A stretch of DNA of 64,000 nt from Clostridia bacterium (lineage in GTDB: Bacteria > Bacillota > Clostridia > Oscillospirales > CAG-272): the NCBI GenBank assembly GCA_017536475.1, contig JAFXHH010000002.1:926-64925 (forward strand). Direction: 5' to 3'. A program made the translations under genes and the position numbers. Shown one piece after another: positions 37,187 through 46,280 of this stretch (the first letter of the stretch is position 1; the number at the start of each line of letters is the position of its first letter). The notes below the pieces were generated by a model. That model did no database searches. It saw nothing but the letters and a program-made list of their open reading frames with translations, and was not told the DNA's origin.

Positions 37187-38608
37187 TCAGATCGCCAAGC
37201 TCTCGGTTTTTTCTGCCGCATCCGACATCAGCCGCGCGTTGCGTTTACGCACCATTATCCTATAAGCCACCACGCAACACGCAAAATGCCCCAATATCGT
37301 GATCGCCCACGTAACGGGATAGGCAAGATACAAAACCGAAATGTTTCCCGGGAATATCGGGCAGACCGTGTATATCCAAACTATACGCAGCAAGCACGAG
37401 CCGAATATCGAAACTCCCATCGGCAAGACAGACTTGCCCATTCCGCGAAGCGTGCCGCTGAGCACCTCCATTATACCGCACAAAAAGTACGTCGTGCAGA
37501 TCATACTCATTCGGTTAGCTCCCGCCTGCCGTATCGCAACCTGTATCGGCGCTTCTCCGGGCTTGTATATCTCAAGAAGCGGCTCGTGGAAAACATACGC
37601 AAGCGTTCCGAGAAGCACGCCCAAAGCAGTTACTATCAGCACCGATAAAAGCACTATCTTTTTGATCCTTTCGAGCTTGCCCGCGCCCACGTGCTGGCCC
37701 ACGAAGGTCAGCGTCGCCTGATATACCGCGTTCATCGCCACGTATATAAACGACTCGATGTTGTTAGCGGCGGTATTGCCCGAAACGGCAATATCGCCGT
37801 ACTGATTAATGCTCGACTGGATAAGCACGTTCGACAAAGAGAACACCACGCTCTGCACGCTCGCGGGAACGCCCGTGCGAACGATATCGGCGAGCTCGCA
37901 TTTATACGCCCTGACGTCGCGAATCCGAATTCGGCAAGGTCCGCTTGTCCTCATCATAAATACGACGATCATCAAAGCAGACGCAACCTGAGAAGCGCTC
38001 GTGGCGATACCGACTCCGACAGCTCCCATGCCAAATCCGAGAACCATAACCAGATTCAGAGCTACGTTGATTATTCCCGACAGCGCAAGGAAGATAAGCG
38101 GTCTTTTGGAGTCTCCCGACGAGCGTAGCGCCGCCGCCAGAAAATTGTATATCAGACCCGCAGGAATACCAACGAAATAAGCCTTCATGTACGGCACCGC
38201 CTCAACGAGCAGGTTTTCGGGTGTCTGCATCATAAGCAGAAGCGGCTCTGCCATAAAAAACCCAAAGATACCAACGGCTATTCCGAAAACGATTCCGAGG
38301 AAAAGCGACGTGTGAACAAGCCGCCTGACCTTCTCATCATCCTTCGCGCCGATCGCGTGTGCCACGCAAATGCTCGTTCCGACGCTAAGTCCGATAAACG
38401 CATTCACTATAAGATTGATAAGAGATCCGCACGCACCGACCGCCCCCATCGCAAAGTCGCTCGCAAATCTTCCCACCACGATCATATCCGCCGCATTGTA
38501 AAAGACCTGCAAAATTCCGGTCGCAATAAGCGGCAGAGAATATTTTATAAGCTTCGGGAGCAACGCCCCTTCGGTCATGTCGTATTGCTGTTTAGCTTTC
38601 GTCGCCAT
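37187..38608 (-). CDS. MATE family efflux transporter
   Basis: DMTEG, YNAADMIVVGRF, LRSSGDSKRPL, LRGMGKS; about 12 TM. Confidence 0.92.
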   Translation of the reverse strand: MATKAKQQYDMTEGALLPKLIKYSLPLIATGILQVFYNAADMIVVGRFASDFAMGAVGACGSLINLIVNAFIGLSVGTSICVAHAIGAKDDEKVRRLVHTSLFLGIVFGIAVGIFGFFMAEPLLLMMQTPENLLVEAVPYMKAYFVGIPAGLIYNFLAAALRSSGDSKRPLIFLALSGIINVALNLVMVLGFGMGAVGVGIATSASQVASALMIVVFMMRTSGPCRIRIRDVRAYKCELADIVRTGVPASVQSVVFSLSNVLIQSSINQYGDIAVSGNTAANNIESFIYVAMNAVYQATLTFVGQHVGAGKLERIKKIVLLSVLIVTALGVLLGTLAYVFHEPLLEIYKPGEAPIQVAIRQAGANRMSMICTTYFLCGIMEVLSGTLRGMGKSVLPMGVSIFGSCLLRIVWIYTVCPIFPGNISVLYLAYPVTWAITILGHFACCVVAYRIMVRKRNARLMSDAAEKTESLAI

Positions 38609-38798
38609 CCAAAATCGCCTCCACCGCGCAAACGTCCGCAAAATATCTCATTTTAATTATAGTACCTGAAAAACCAAAGGTCAAGTCCTTTCGGAAAAAT
38701 AAATAAAATTCTTTCCCCGCCCCGCGTTGACAAAAGGAGGCGCGTGTGTTATAATTTTTTATAGAAAAGAAAGCAAAAACCCGAAAGGAAGAAAAACT

Positions 38799-39341
38799 AT
38801 GATATATATGTTTTTAGCCGACGGCTTTGAAGAGGTCGAAGCGCTTTGTCCGCTTGATATCCTCCGCCGCGCAGGACTCGAGGTCACCACGGTCGGCATC
38901 GGCAAGGATACTATAATCGGCGCTCACGGAATCACCGTGCAAGCCGATATCCCCGACGTTATGTACCGCGATTCAAGCCCCGATATGATCATTCTCCCCG
39001 GCGGAATGCCCGGATCGAGCAATCTCGACCAGTCCAAGACCGTCGACGCCGCGCTCCGCGCCGCATCACGAAAGGGAGCATATCTCTGCGCTATCTGCGC
39101 CGCACCTATGGTGCTCGGCAAACGCGGATATTTGAACGGTAAGAGAGCAGTCTGCTACCCCGGATTTGAACAATACCTTGAGGGCGCAACGGTATCAGAG
39201 ACCGAGACCGTAGTCCGCGACGGCAACGTGATCACCGCAAAGGCCATGGGTGTCGCACTCGAATTCGGACTTGAGCTCGTCCGTGCGCTTAAGGATGACG
39301 AGACCGCCAACCAGATCAAAAAATCGATCTTCGCAAAGTAA
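38799..39341 (+). CDS. DJ-1/PfpI (ThiJ/YajL) family protein
   Basis: LADGFEEVE, LPGGMPG, AICAAP; TTGACA-17 nt-TATAAT promoter at 38727-38755. Confidence 0.92.
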   Translation: MIYMFLADGFEEVEALCPLDILRRAGLEVTTVGIGKDTIIGAHGITVQADIPDVMYRDSSPDMIILPGGMPGSSNLDQSKTVDAALRAASRKGAYLCAICAAPMVLGKRGYLNGKRAVCYPGFEQYLEGATVSETETVVRDGNVITAKAMGVALEFGLELVRALKDDETANQIKKSIFAK

Positions 39342-39345
39342 AAGA

Positions 39346-40353
39346 ATGAAAAACAGAATAAAGAAGATCAAAAAATCGATAGGTGATATCCCCGCCGCCC
39401 CCGACGCGAGAGCATTCTTGCCAATATTGCTCGTGACCGTTTGTATGGCGGTCGCATTCTTAGCGGTGATCATCGACAGATTCATCTATCCCTTCGGCAA
39501 AGACCTGCTCTCGCCGATCATAGCGCAGCTTATCGCTATGCTCATCCCCGCATATCTCTGTATGCTCATCCTCTGCCCCGAGAAAAAGCTCTCCGCGCAG
39601 CTTAAGGGAGTAGGTATGGCGAAGATCGGGTACGAATACGTGTTTTTCCTTATCTTCGCTTCCCTTTTTCTCGTATCCACGGCGCTTGTGCTTAATATTA
39701 TTTTCGGCGGAGTCTACGCCTCATCCGAGGGATTTACCCTGCTTGGCGCCTTCACCGCAGGAGAGAACGAATATACCGTAAATACACTCTATCTTATCAT
39801 CGTGTACGCGGTTATTCCCGCAGTCGTCGAGGAGCTGGTGTTCAGAGGGATAGTTTATAGCGAGCTTTCCAAGATAAGCGAAGGACTTGCGTGCTGTGTG
39901 TCCTCACTCTTGTCAGCACTGTTCGCCTTCACGCTCGGAGGATTGCCCGCCGCGTTCTTCTGCGCCCTCGCATATTGCTTTGTCAGATTTACGACGGGCT
40001 CGCTGATCTCGTGCATGATACTGCACTTCATCTATAATCTCTACGGACTGTTTATCAATACGAACGTCTCAAAATATTTCATATCGTCTCAAAACAACGC
40101 CCTGCTGATCGTCATAATAATCGGCGCGTGGCTTGTAAGCACGGCTCTATTCGTGTCCGAGGCGGCAAGAGTATATAGAACGAAGGCGGCAAGAGTGGCA
40201 GACGGAGAAGAAAGCTCACGCGTGCCCAAGATCAAGCGTCAAGAGCTGTTTGGAGAGATCAAAAGCGCGTTTGTATATACTCCTACCCTCGTTTGCGCCA
40301 TCGTTACATTTGCACTCTGTATTGCAATAACGCTTATTGGATTTTTTGCATAA
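39346..40353 (+). CDS. CPBP (CAAX protease / Abi) family intramembrane metalloprotease-like protein
   Basis: PAVVEELVFRG and TGSL..CMILHFIYN motifs; multiple TMs. Confidence 0.8.
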   Translation: MKNRIKKIKKSIGDIPAAPDARAFLPILLVTVCMAVAFLAVIIDRFIYPFGKDLLSPIIAQLIAMLIPAYLCMLILCPEKKLSAQLKGVGMAKIGYEYVFFLIFASLFLVSTALVLNIIFGGVYASSEGFTLLGAFTAGENEYTVNTLYLIIVYAVIPAVVEELVFRGIVYSELSKISEGLACCVSSLLSALFAFTLGGLPAAFFCALAYCFVRFTTGSLISCMILHFIYNLYGLFINTNVSKYFISSQNNALLIVIIIGAWLVSTALFVSEAARVYRTKAARVADGEESSRVPKIKRQELFGEIKSAFVYTPTLVCAIVTFALCIAITLIGFFA

Positions 40354-40581
40354 ATAAAGATCACCACAGACCAATGGAGGCATTTTTGCCCGACATAAGC
40401 CCGTGGTGATCTTGTTTTTTTCGATATCTGAAGCACTTCTTGCAGAGAATTCAACACAAGTCCCCCCAAAGCAACGGTTTTCTCGCCGCAAGCCGAATTC
40501 CAAGCCAAAATCGCCGCCAAAATTTTTAAAACCGCTTGAAAACCAAATAAAAATATGCTATAATGATTCGTACATGAAAAT

Positions 40582-40658
40582 CTACCCGTGGCACAGCTGG
40601 ATAGCGCGTCAGACTCCGACTCTGAAGGTCAACGGTTCAAATCCGTTCGGGTAGGCCA
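40582..40658 (+). tRNA. tRNA-Arg(CCG)
   Basis: Acceptor CTACCCG/CGGGTAG, D-loop AGCTGGATA with A20, anticodon arm TCAGA-CT CCG AC-TCTGA, GTTCAAATC T-loop, encoded CCA; promoter TTGAAA-17 nt-TATAAT at 40536-40564. Confidence 0.93.
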
Positions 40659-40910
40659 AAAGGGAAAGAGGGGCTCGTCCCCTCTTTTCCTTTTGGCTTG
40701 CTCGAAGCGGTACAGAGAAACGTCTCACCACGACCGCAGGTCGTGTGTATGGGTTCTGAATCCGTTCGGCATTTTTTAATGTGCCCTCTTGTATCATTCA
40801 CGGGGCTCGCCCCCTTCTTTAATTTTTTGAGTTATCCGAATGTCAATGAGAATCGTTCACCACAATCGCTTGCGATTGTGCGTATGGGTTCTGAATCCGT
40901 TCGGGTAGGC
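40659..40910 (+). repeat. Two tandem tRNA-Arg 3'-end-derived palindromic units
   Basis: GGTTCTGAATCCGTTCGG at 40752 and GGTTCTGAATCCGTTCGGGTAGGC at 40887, each preceded by CACCAC-hairpin-GTG.GTATG and a degenerate inverted tRNA end. Confidence 0.8.
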
Positions 40911-41047
40911 GCTTGCTTCCCAAATTTTGCGTTCCAAAATCATTCTCCCCTTTTGTTCATGTACTCGTTGCCGAATTTAAAATTTTCAAACACCCCTGCC
41001 AAATTCCCCAAGCACACCGCCTTTCTGTCCTCGGTGTCAAAGTGATG

Positions 41048-41302
41048 TTATTCGCTTTCGTAATAAACATTATAGCAAATTTCTATTCCGAAAAAATATA
41101 TTCCATATCCCTTTTGGTAATATACTCCGCCATTGTTTTCATCGACCATTTCCACATTATAAAGGTACACTTCATATATGGGAATGATTGGTCTTAGATA
41201 TGTCGTCCCGCCGTCCTTTAATTTCTCTGGAACAGGAATTACGCAACTCAGCAGAATGGCTATAAATATACATACGATTACAACTACTTTTCGTTTTTTC
41301 AT
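41048..41302 (-). CDS. Small exported/membrane hypothetical protein (KDGGT motif)
   Basis: N-terminal hydrophobic segment; own TTGACA/TACAAT promoter; AT-rich. Confidence 0.7.
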   Translation of the reverse strand: MKKRKVVVIVCIFIAILLSCVIPVPEKLKDGGTTYLRPIIPIYEVYLYNVEMVDENNGGVYYQKGYGIYFFGIEICYNVYYESE

Positions 41303-41425
41303 AGCCTCACTTCCCTTCTGAATTTATTGTAGCATAGGTTTTACAGAATGTCAACTTCTATTTGACGCGGCAGATACAAAAAAGCCACCCGATTGGGTGG
41401 CTTCTACTTGTGGTTGACTATCGTC

Positions 41426-41845
41426 TTATATGACATTGCTTTTAGAAGAATTCAATTTAACGTGTTTAACAATAGATACGATTTCCAAAATAAAAATTGT
41501 CAAATAATAAGCGTTCCAAATATAAATATTGATTCCAAGACCGCCGCCTACAAATAATGCCATAGGAATCGCACCAATAAGCATAACGGCAAGAACTGAA
41601 TTAAAGATGGGATGGATCTTGCGGAATATCTTTATTACAGATAATACCGCATCTACAAAGTAGAAAATCAAGCTGAAATAGGCAACTATCATTCCCCAAA
41701 ACCAAAGGGCAAAGGAACGGCTAACTCCATCGTCAGTCGGCATTTCGGTTAACATTGCTACTAAAGAAGCGATCATTAATCCAAAACTGACAAGACTGAT
41801 CGCCATAGCAACTATTGCATGAATTTTTATAGATGTTTCTCTCAT
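41426..41845 (-). CDS. Hypothetical 4-TM membrane protein
   Basis: AAAGGTGG RBS; four hydrophobic segments; AT-rich; terminator at about 41379-41403. Confidence 0.7.
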   Translation of the reverse strand: MRETSIKIHAIVAMAISLVSFGLMIASLVAMLTEMPTDDGVSRSFALWFWGMIVAYFSLIFYFVDAVLSVIKIFRKIHPIFNSVLAVMLIGAIPMALFVGGGLGINIYIWNAYYLTIFILEIVSIVKHVKLNSSKSNVI

Positions 41846-41966
41846 ATTTACCACCTTTCTGTTTTTATTATAGCATATATAGTGAAAAAAGTAAAGCTAT
41901 CTATCGTAAATACGGGCAAAAAAACAAATTATGTACAGCAAACCGGTTGTCAATCTCAAACAACAT

Positions 41967-42072
41967 CACAGGGATTCTGAACCTTTACACACGCTTCGCG
42001 TGGTGCAGGATCAGAATCCTCTGTGGCTCGAGCCATAAAAATAGAGCAGCACGATGTGCTGCTCTATTTTTA
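41967..42072 (-). repeat. tRNA-Gln 3'-end-derived palindromic unit plus terminator
   Basis: Minus strand: terminator, inverted tRNA end TGGCTCGAGCCACAGAGGATTCTGATCC, CACCACGC-GAA-GCGTGTGTAAA, direct copy GGTTCAGAATCCCTGTG. Confidence 0.8.
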
Positions 42073-42148
42073 TGGCTGGGGCACAGGGATTCGAACCCCG
42101 GAAATGTCAGAGTCAGAGTCTGATGCCTTACCGCTTGGCGATGCCCCA
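42073..42148 (-). tRNA. tRNA-Gln(CTG)
   Basis: TGGGGCATCGCCAAGCGGTAAGGC..TCAGA-CT CTG AC-TCTGA..GGTTCGAATCC..TGCCCCAGCCA. Confidence 0.95.
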
Positions 42149-42504
42149 AAATATTCCATTGATCTTGACGACCTATGTATTATATCAAAAAGAAATCGGT
42201 TTGTCAATAGCTTTTTCAAAAATTTTTTAAATCTTTTTGCGCTTCCCTATCATTATCTCCCAAAAAATCAAGCTATATTCTCCGAAATCCGCCCCAAATG
42301 CTTGATTTTCATCACCAAAACCCTTAAAAATCAAGCAAAACAGCGCAAAAATTTTCCACAGTTTATCATAAGTTTACATTTACATTATTTTTTCGTTACA
42401 TTTTTTACACTCAATATGGTAAAATAAAAAATGGGTGTGTTTGCACCCAATATAAAAATTTGAAAACAAGTCAACATACGCAAAAAAAATGAAAGGATTA
42501 AAAA

Positions 42505-44304
42505 ATGGGACTTTTTGAAATCTTGGAGCTGGTCTGCGGTCTTGCCCTTTTCCTTTACGGAATGGACGTAATGGGCAATGCGCTCAAAAAGAGCGCAGGA
42601 CGCAAGCTCAAAACCATCTTAGGCAACCTGACCTCAAGCAAGCTCAAGGGCTTCCTGCTCGGTCTCGGTGTCACGGCAATAATCCAGTCCTCCTCCGCTA
42701 CGACCGTAATGGTCGTCGGCTTTGTAAACTCGGGAACAATGCTGCTCTCCCAGGCAATAAGCGTCATTCTCGGAGCAAATCTGGGCACCGCCGTTACCGC
42801 TTGGCTTACCGCGCTTAACAGTCTCGGAAACACTCAGGCCCTATCCGCGATAGCCTTCCTCGACTACCTCACCCCTGACTTCTGGATGCCCATTCTCGCT
42901 ATCATCGGAATAGCATTCATAATGTTCTCAAAAAGAGACAAGCAGAAGGACGTCGGTACGATCCTGGTAGGCTTCGCAGTTCTTATGGTAGGTATGAGCA
43001 CTATGTCGGGTGCGGTCTCGGGACTTAAAAACGACCCCGAATTCGCAAAGATACTCACCATCTTCTCCAACCCCATAATCGGTGTTATTGTCGGTGCCGT
43101 CCTCACCGCGATAGTTCAGTCCTCCTCCGCATCGATCGGTATCCTCCAGGCGCTCTCGGTAACGGGCGGAATCAGCTTTGGTATGGCTATCCCGATCGTC
43201 CTCGGTCAGAATATCGGTACATGTGTAACCGCAATGCTCTCCGCGCTCGGCGCAAACAAGAACGGTAAGAGAACGGCAGTTGCCCACCTCTTCTTCAACG
43301 TCATCGGCGTGATCTTCTGGCTCTCTATGTATTATCTCGTCGGTTGGATCCTCAATCTCGCAGGAGTAATTGATATCTTCCATCTTGCCGAAGCGGCTAT
43401 CGATCCCTTTGGCATTGCCATTGTCCACACCGTCTTCAAGATCCTCGCTGTCGCTCTTATGTGCCCCTTCACCAAGCTCCTCGAAAAGCTCGCGTGCGCT
43501 ATCGTCAAGGGCGACGACAAGAAAGGCGACGAATACACCTCTATGCTTGACGACCGTCTGCTCGACACTCCCTCGGTTGCACTCGACCGTTGCCGTGTTG
43601 TAGCGGCTCATATGGCAGAGCTTTCGATAAACCCCTTAAATCAATCAATATCGCTCCTTGAAAACTACGACAGCAAGGTAGCAGACGAAATACGCGCAGC
43701 CGAAGACAAGGTCGACGTGTATGAGGACGCGCTCGGCTCTTACCTCGTCAAGCTCGCATCTCGCAGCATGTCGGAGGAAGACAGCGCAGAAATAACCAAG
43801 CTTCTCCACATGATAGGCGACCTCGAGCGAATCTCCGACCACTCGGTCAACCTTGTCGAATCCGCAGAGGAGATCAAGGATAAGAACGTCACGTTCTCCG
43901 ATCAGGCAGTGCGTGAGCTTGAAGCTATGTATGGCGCAGTCAGAGAGATCAGTGAGCTGACCGCAGATGCATTCGTCAACACCAATATGGAAAGCGCTCT
44001 CAAGGTAGAGCCTCTTGAGGAGGTAGTAGACGACCTCAAGGATCAGATAAGAATAAACCATATCATCAGAGTGCAGAAGAACCAGTGTACCATCGAGCTT
44101 GGCTTCATTCTTTCGGATATCCTCACCAATCTCGAGCGTGTATCCGACCACTGCTCCAATATCGCAGGATGCCTCATCGAGATCTCCCGTCACCACGACG
44201 CGCTTGACCTCCACAATTATATGCACGAGCTCAAGGAAGCAGAGGGCACTCACTTCAACGAGCAGTACAAGATGTACTCCGACAAGTATTCCATCAATTC
44301 TTAA
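42505..44304 (+). CDS. Na+/Pi cotransporter family protein with PhoU domains
   Basis: Two QSSS motifs, GANLGT / GQNIGT, C-terminal DLERISDH / NLERVSDH PhoU repeats. Confidence 0.93.
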   Translation: MGLFEILELVCGLALFLYGMDVMGNALKKSAGRKLKTILGNLTSSKLKGFLLGLGVTAIIQSSSATTVMVVGFVNSGTMLLSQAISVILGANLGTAVTAWLTALNSLGNTQALSAIAFLDYLTPDFWMPILAIIGIAFIMFSKRDKQKDVGTILVGFAVLMVGMSTMSGAVSGLKNDPEFAKILTIFSNPIIGVIVGAVLTAIVQSSSASIGILQALSVTGGISFGMAIPIVLGQNIGTCVTAMLSALGANKNGKRTAVAHLFFNVIGVIFWLSMYYLVGWILNLAGVIDIFHLAEAAIDPFGIAIVHTVFKILAVALMCPFTKLLEKLACAIVKGDDKKGDEYTSMLDDRLLDTPSVALDRCRVVAAHMAELSINPLNQSISLLENYDSKVADEIRAAEDKVDVYEDALGSYLVKLASRSMSEEDSAEITKLLHMIGDLERISDHSVNLVESAEEIKDKNVTFSDQAVRELEAMYGAVREISELTADAFVNTNMESALKVEPLEEVVDDLKDQIRINHIIRVQKNQCTIELGFILSDILTNLERVSDHCSNIAGCLIEISRHHDALDLHNYMHELKEAEGTHFNEQYKMYSDKYSINS

Positions 44305-44317
44305 TCGCATAAAAAAT

Positions 44318-44351
44318 AAAAACCGCTTGCGGATCTCCGCAAGCGGTTTTT
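44318..44351. terminator. Bidirectional terminator
   Basis: AAAAACCGCTTGCGG-atct-CCGCAAGCGGTTTTT. Confidence 0.8.
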
Positions 44352-44352
44352 G

Positions 44353-44862
44353 TTATATGATCTTATCCAAAATTGTGCGCCGAACCACACGATAGCTCGG
44401 CTTTTCATGATCTCTGTAAGCTTCACTATGATGTACCGCAGGCATTCCCGCCTCGGCGTATCTTTCAAGAAAAGCGCGCCACTCGTCAAGCGAAAAATTC
44501 AGCTCAAGCTCACCAAAGCAAGCCTCTGCATCGTTGAGATAGCAGCCAAGCACCTCTCTGCCGCCGTTTTTCACGCTTGCCGACTCGGCAAACGCATCAA
44601 ACAAAGCCTCCTTCGACAATCCGCGCGACTTCCAAACGCTAAGATCGACCCTGCAAAGCTCGTCGGTCAAAAATTCGACCAAATCTCCCTGCCTTTCCTC
44701 AACTCGTTCGAATTCCGCGTCAAAATATCTCCGCGCCGCCGCGAGATCAGCAAGTAAATGCTCCGCGCCAAGCGCCGCCTGATAGCAAAACTTCGCCACG
44801 TCCTGCGGCATTATACTCGGATGCTTTTTCGCGTGCAAAATAAAATAATCTTTAAAATCCAT
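44353..44862 (-). CDS. Hypothetical protein
   Basis: HAKKHPSIMPQDVAKFCYQ..GAEHL and HHSEAYR..PSYRVV motifs; last gene of the run downstream of scfB. Confidence 0.7.
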   Translation of the reverse strand: MDFKDYFILHAKKHPSIMPQDVAKFCYQAALGAEHLLADLAAARRYFDAEFERVEERQGDLVEFLTDELCRVDLSVWKSRGLSKEALFDAFAESASVKNGGREVLGCYLNDAEACFGELELNFSLDEWRAFLERYAEAGMPAVHHSEAYRDHEKPSYRVVRRTILDKII

Positions 44863-44891
44863 AAAACCCTACCAAATACCGACGAATTTCC

Positions 44892-46238
44892 TTATCGCTT
44901 CACCACACGGCACTTTTCAATCCCATAATATTTAAAGCAAGCGATCGCATGCTCGTCTATCCTCTCACCGCAAACAACGATCGGTATCGCAGGAGGACAT
45001 GAGACCGTTGCCGAGGCAAGCACCTCGCCGCAGGCATCCTCAACCGCAACCTCTCGCGAGGATGACATCAAAGCCTGCCTTACCGACATAACTCTTTCAG
45101 CCCCCGCTACGCTCGGCGCTCTTTCGAGTATCTCTTCCCTCTTTTCGATCGAGCAAAGCGCGTCTAAAAGCAACTTAATGCCGCCTCTGTCGATCTCGGG
45201 CGTGAACATCATAACAACGTAATCGGGATCCGAAAACTCGCACGCGATCCCCTTCTGCAAAAGCATCTCGGCGATCTCATGCCCGTAATAGCCATAGCCT
45301 TTCGTAGCCAAGGCCAGCTTTGTCGGCTCGTCACCGATAACGCAAAAGCCTTTTTCAACAAGTACTTTTTTTAAACTCGCAATCTCGCCGCAAATCTCGG
45401 CAAGTTTCTCTCTATATCCGTCGCAAATATACAAATTCGCTATATCAAGCGACTGTAATATCAGATAAGAAGGGCTTGTCGAAGCAAAAAGCTGCATCGC
45501 CTGCTCCGCCATTTCAGAAAACAGCTCGGGGGCACGACGGGAAATATGCAAATACGCTCCTCCCGTCAGCACGGGCAAAGTTTTGTGCGCCGAATCACAG
45601 CAAATATCCGCGTCGAGATCGATCGGATGGCGCGACTCGGGCAAAAACTTCAGATACGCGCCGTGCGCGTTGTCGACCGCCAATATAACACCGTGTCTGT
45701 GGCAGACCTCTGCCAAGCTGCGTATATCCGCTACGTTTCCGAGATAATCGGGGCTCGTTACGTAGACCACCACGGGTTTTTCTTCCATTTCGCAGAGCTT
45801 TTTCTCAAGAGCCTCCGCACTCACGCGACAGCTTACAATGCCCTCATCATCGTGGGAAAATAGCCATTCAACACGCGCGTCCAGAAGCGCCACCGCAGAC
45901 AAAAAGGTCTTGTGCGCATTTCTCGCCGCCAATATCAGCGTCTCCCTGCCAAGCTCCTTAGCCCGCATAGCGCACAGATACACCATCGCCCGAATACAAA
46001 GCGACGAGCCCTCTGTAGAATAAAGCGTCTTTTTCGTGCCAAAAAGCGAGCTTGCGTTGCACTCACTCTCGGCAATAATGCCATTCCCTTCGGAGTAAAG
46101 CACGTCAGCTCCCTCGACTTCGGTAATATCTCTCTGCTCGACACCGAGAAAGCAAGCTCCCTTATGTCCGGGCATATGTAAACGAAGAGCGCCGTCGGCG
46201 CAGTATTTTTTCACGAAATCACAAATCGGAGCTTTCAT
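44892..46238 (-). CDS. Arg/Lys/Orn decarboxylase family PLP enzyme
   Basis: LHMPGHKG, DITE, RNAHK, TSPDYLG, DNAHGA, SAHKTLP, STSPSYLI, PPAIP. Confidence 0.9.
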   Translation of the reverse strand: MKAPICDFVKKYCADGALRLHMPGHKGACFLGVEQRDITEVEGADVLYSEGNGIIAESECNASSLFGTKKTLYSTEGSSLCIRAMVYLCAMRAKELGRETLILAARNAHKTFLSAVALLDARVEWLFSHDDEGIVSCRVSAEALEKKLCEMEEKPVVVYVTSPDYLGNVADIRSLAEVCHRHGVILAVDNAHGAYLKFLPESRHPIDLDADICCDSAHKTLPVLTGGAYLHISRRAPELFSEMAEQAMQLFASTSPSYLILQSLDIANLYICDGYREKLAEICGEIASLKKVLVEKGFCVIGDEPTKLALATKGYGYYGHEIAEMLLQKGIACEFSDPDYVVMMFTPEIDRGGIKLLLDALCSIEKREEILERAPSVAGAERVMSVRQALMSSSREVAVEDACGEVLASATVSCPPAIPIVVCGERIDEHAIACFKYYGIEKCRVVKR

Positions 46239-46280
46239 AAAAACAACCTCGCACAAACGGCGTTCCTTTCAAGATATATC

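Noticed and set aside
40582-40658. The tRNA(CCG) anticodon arm is identical to that of tRNA-Gln(CTG) apart from one base, suggesting CGG-to-Gln reassignment
   Set aside because: The tRNA keeps Arg identity elements (A20, G73), and CGG encodes conserved Arg in this window (GH28 QRPR motif, KdpD EFSR)
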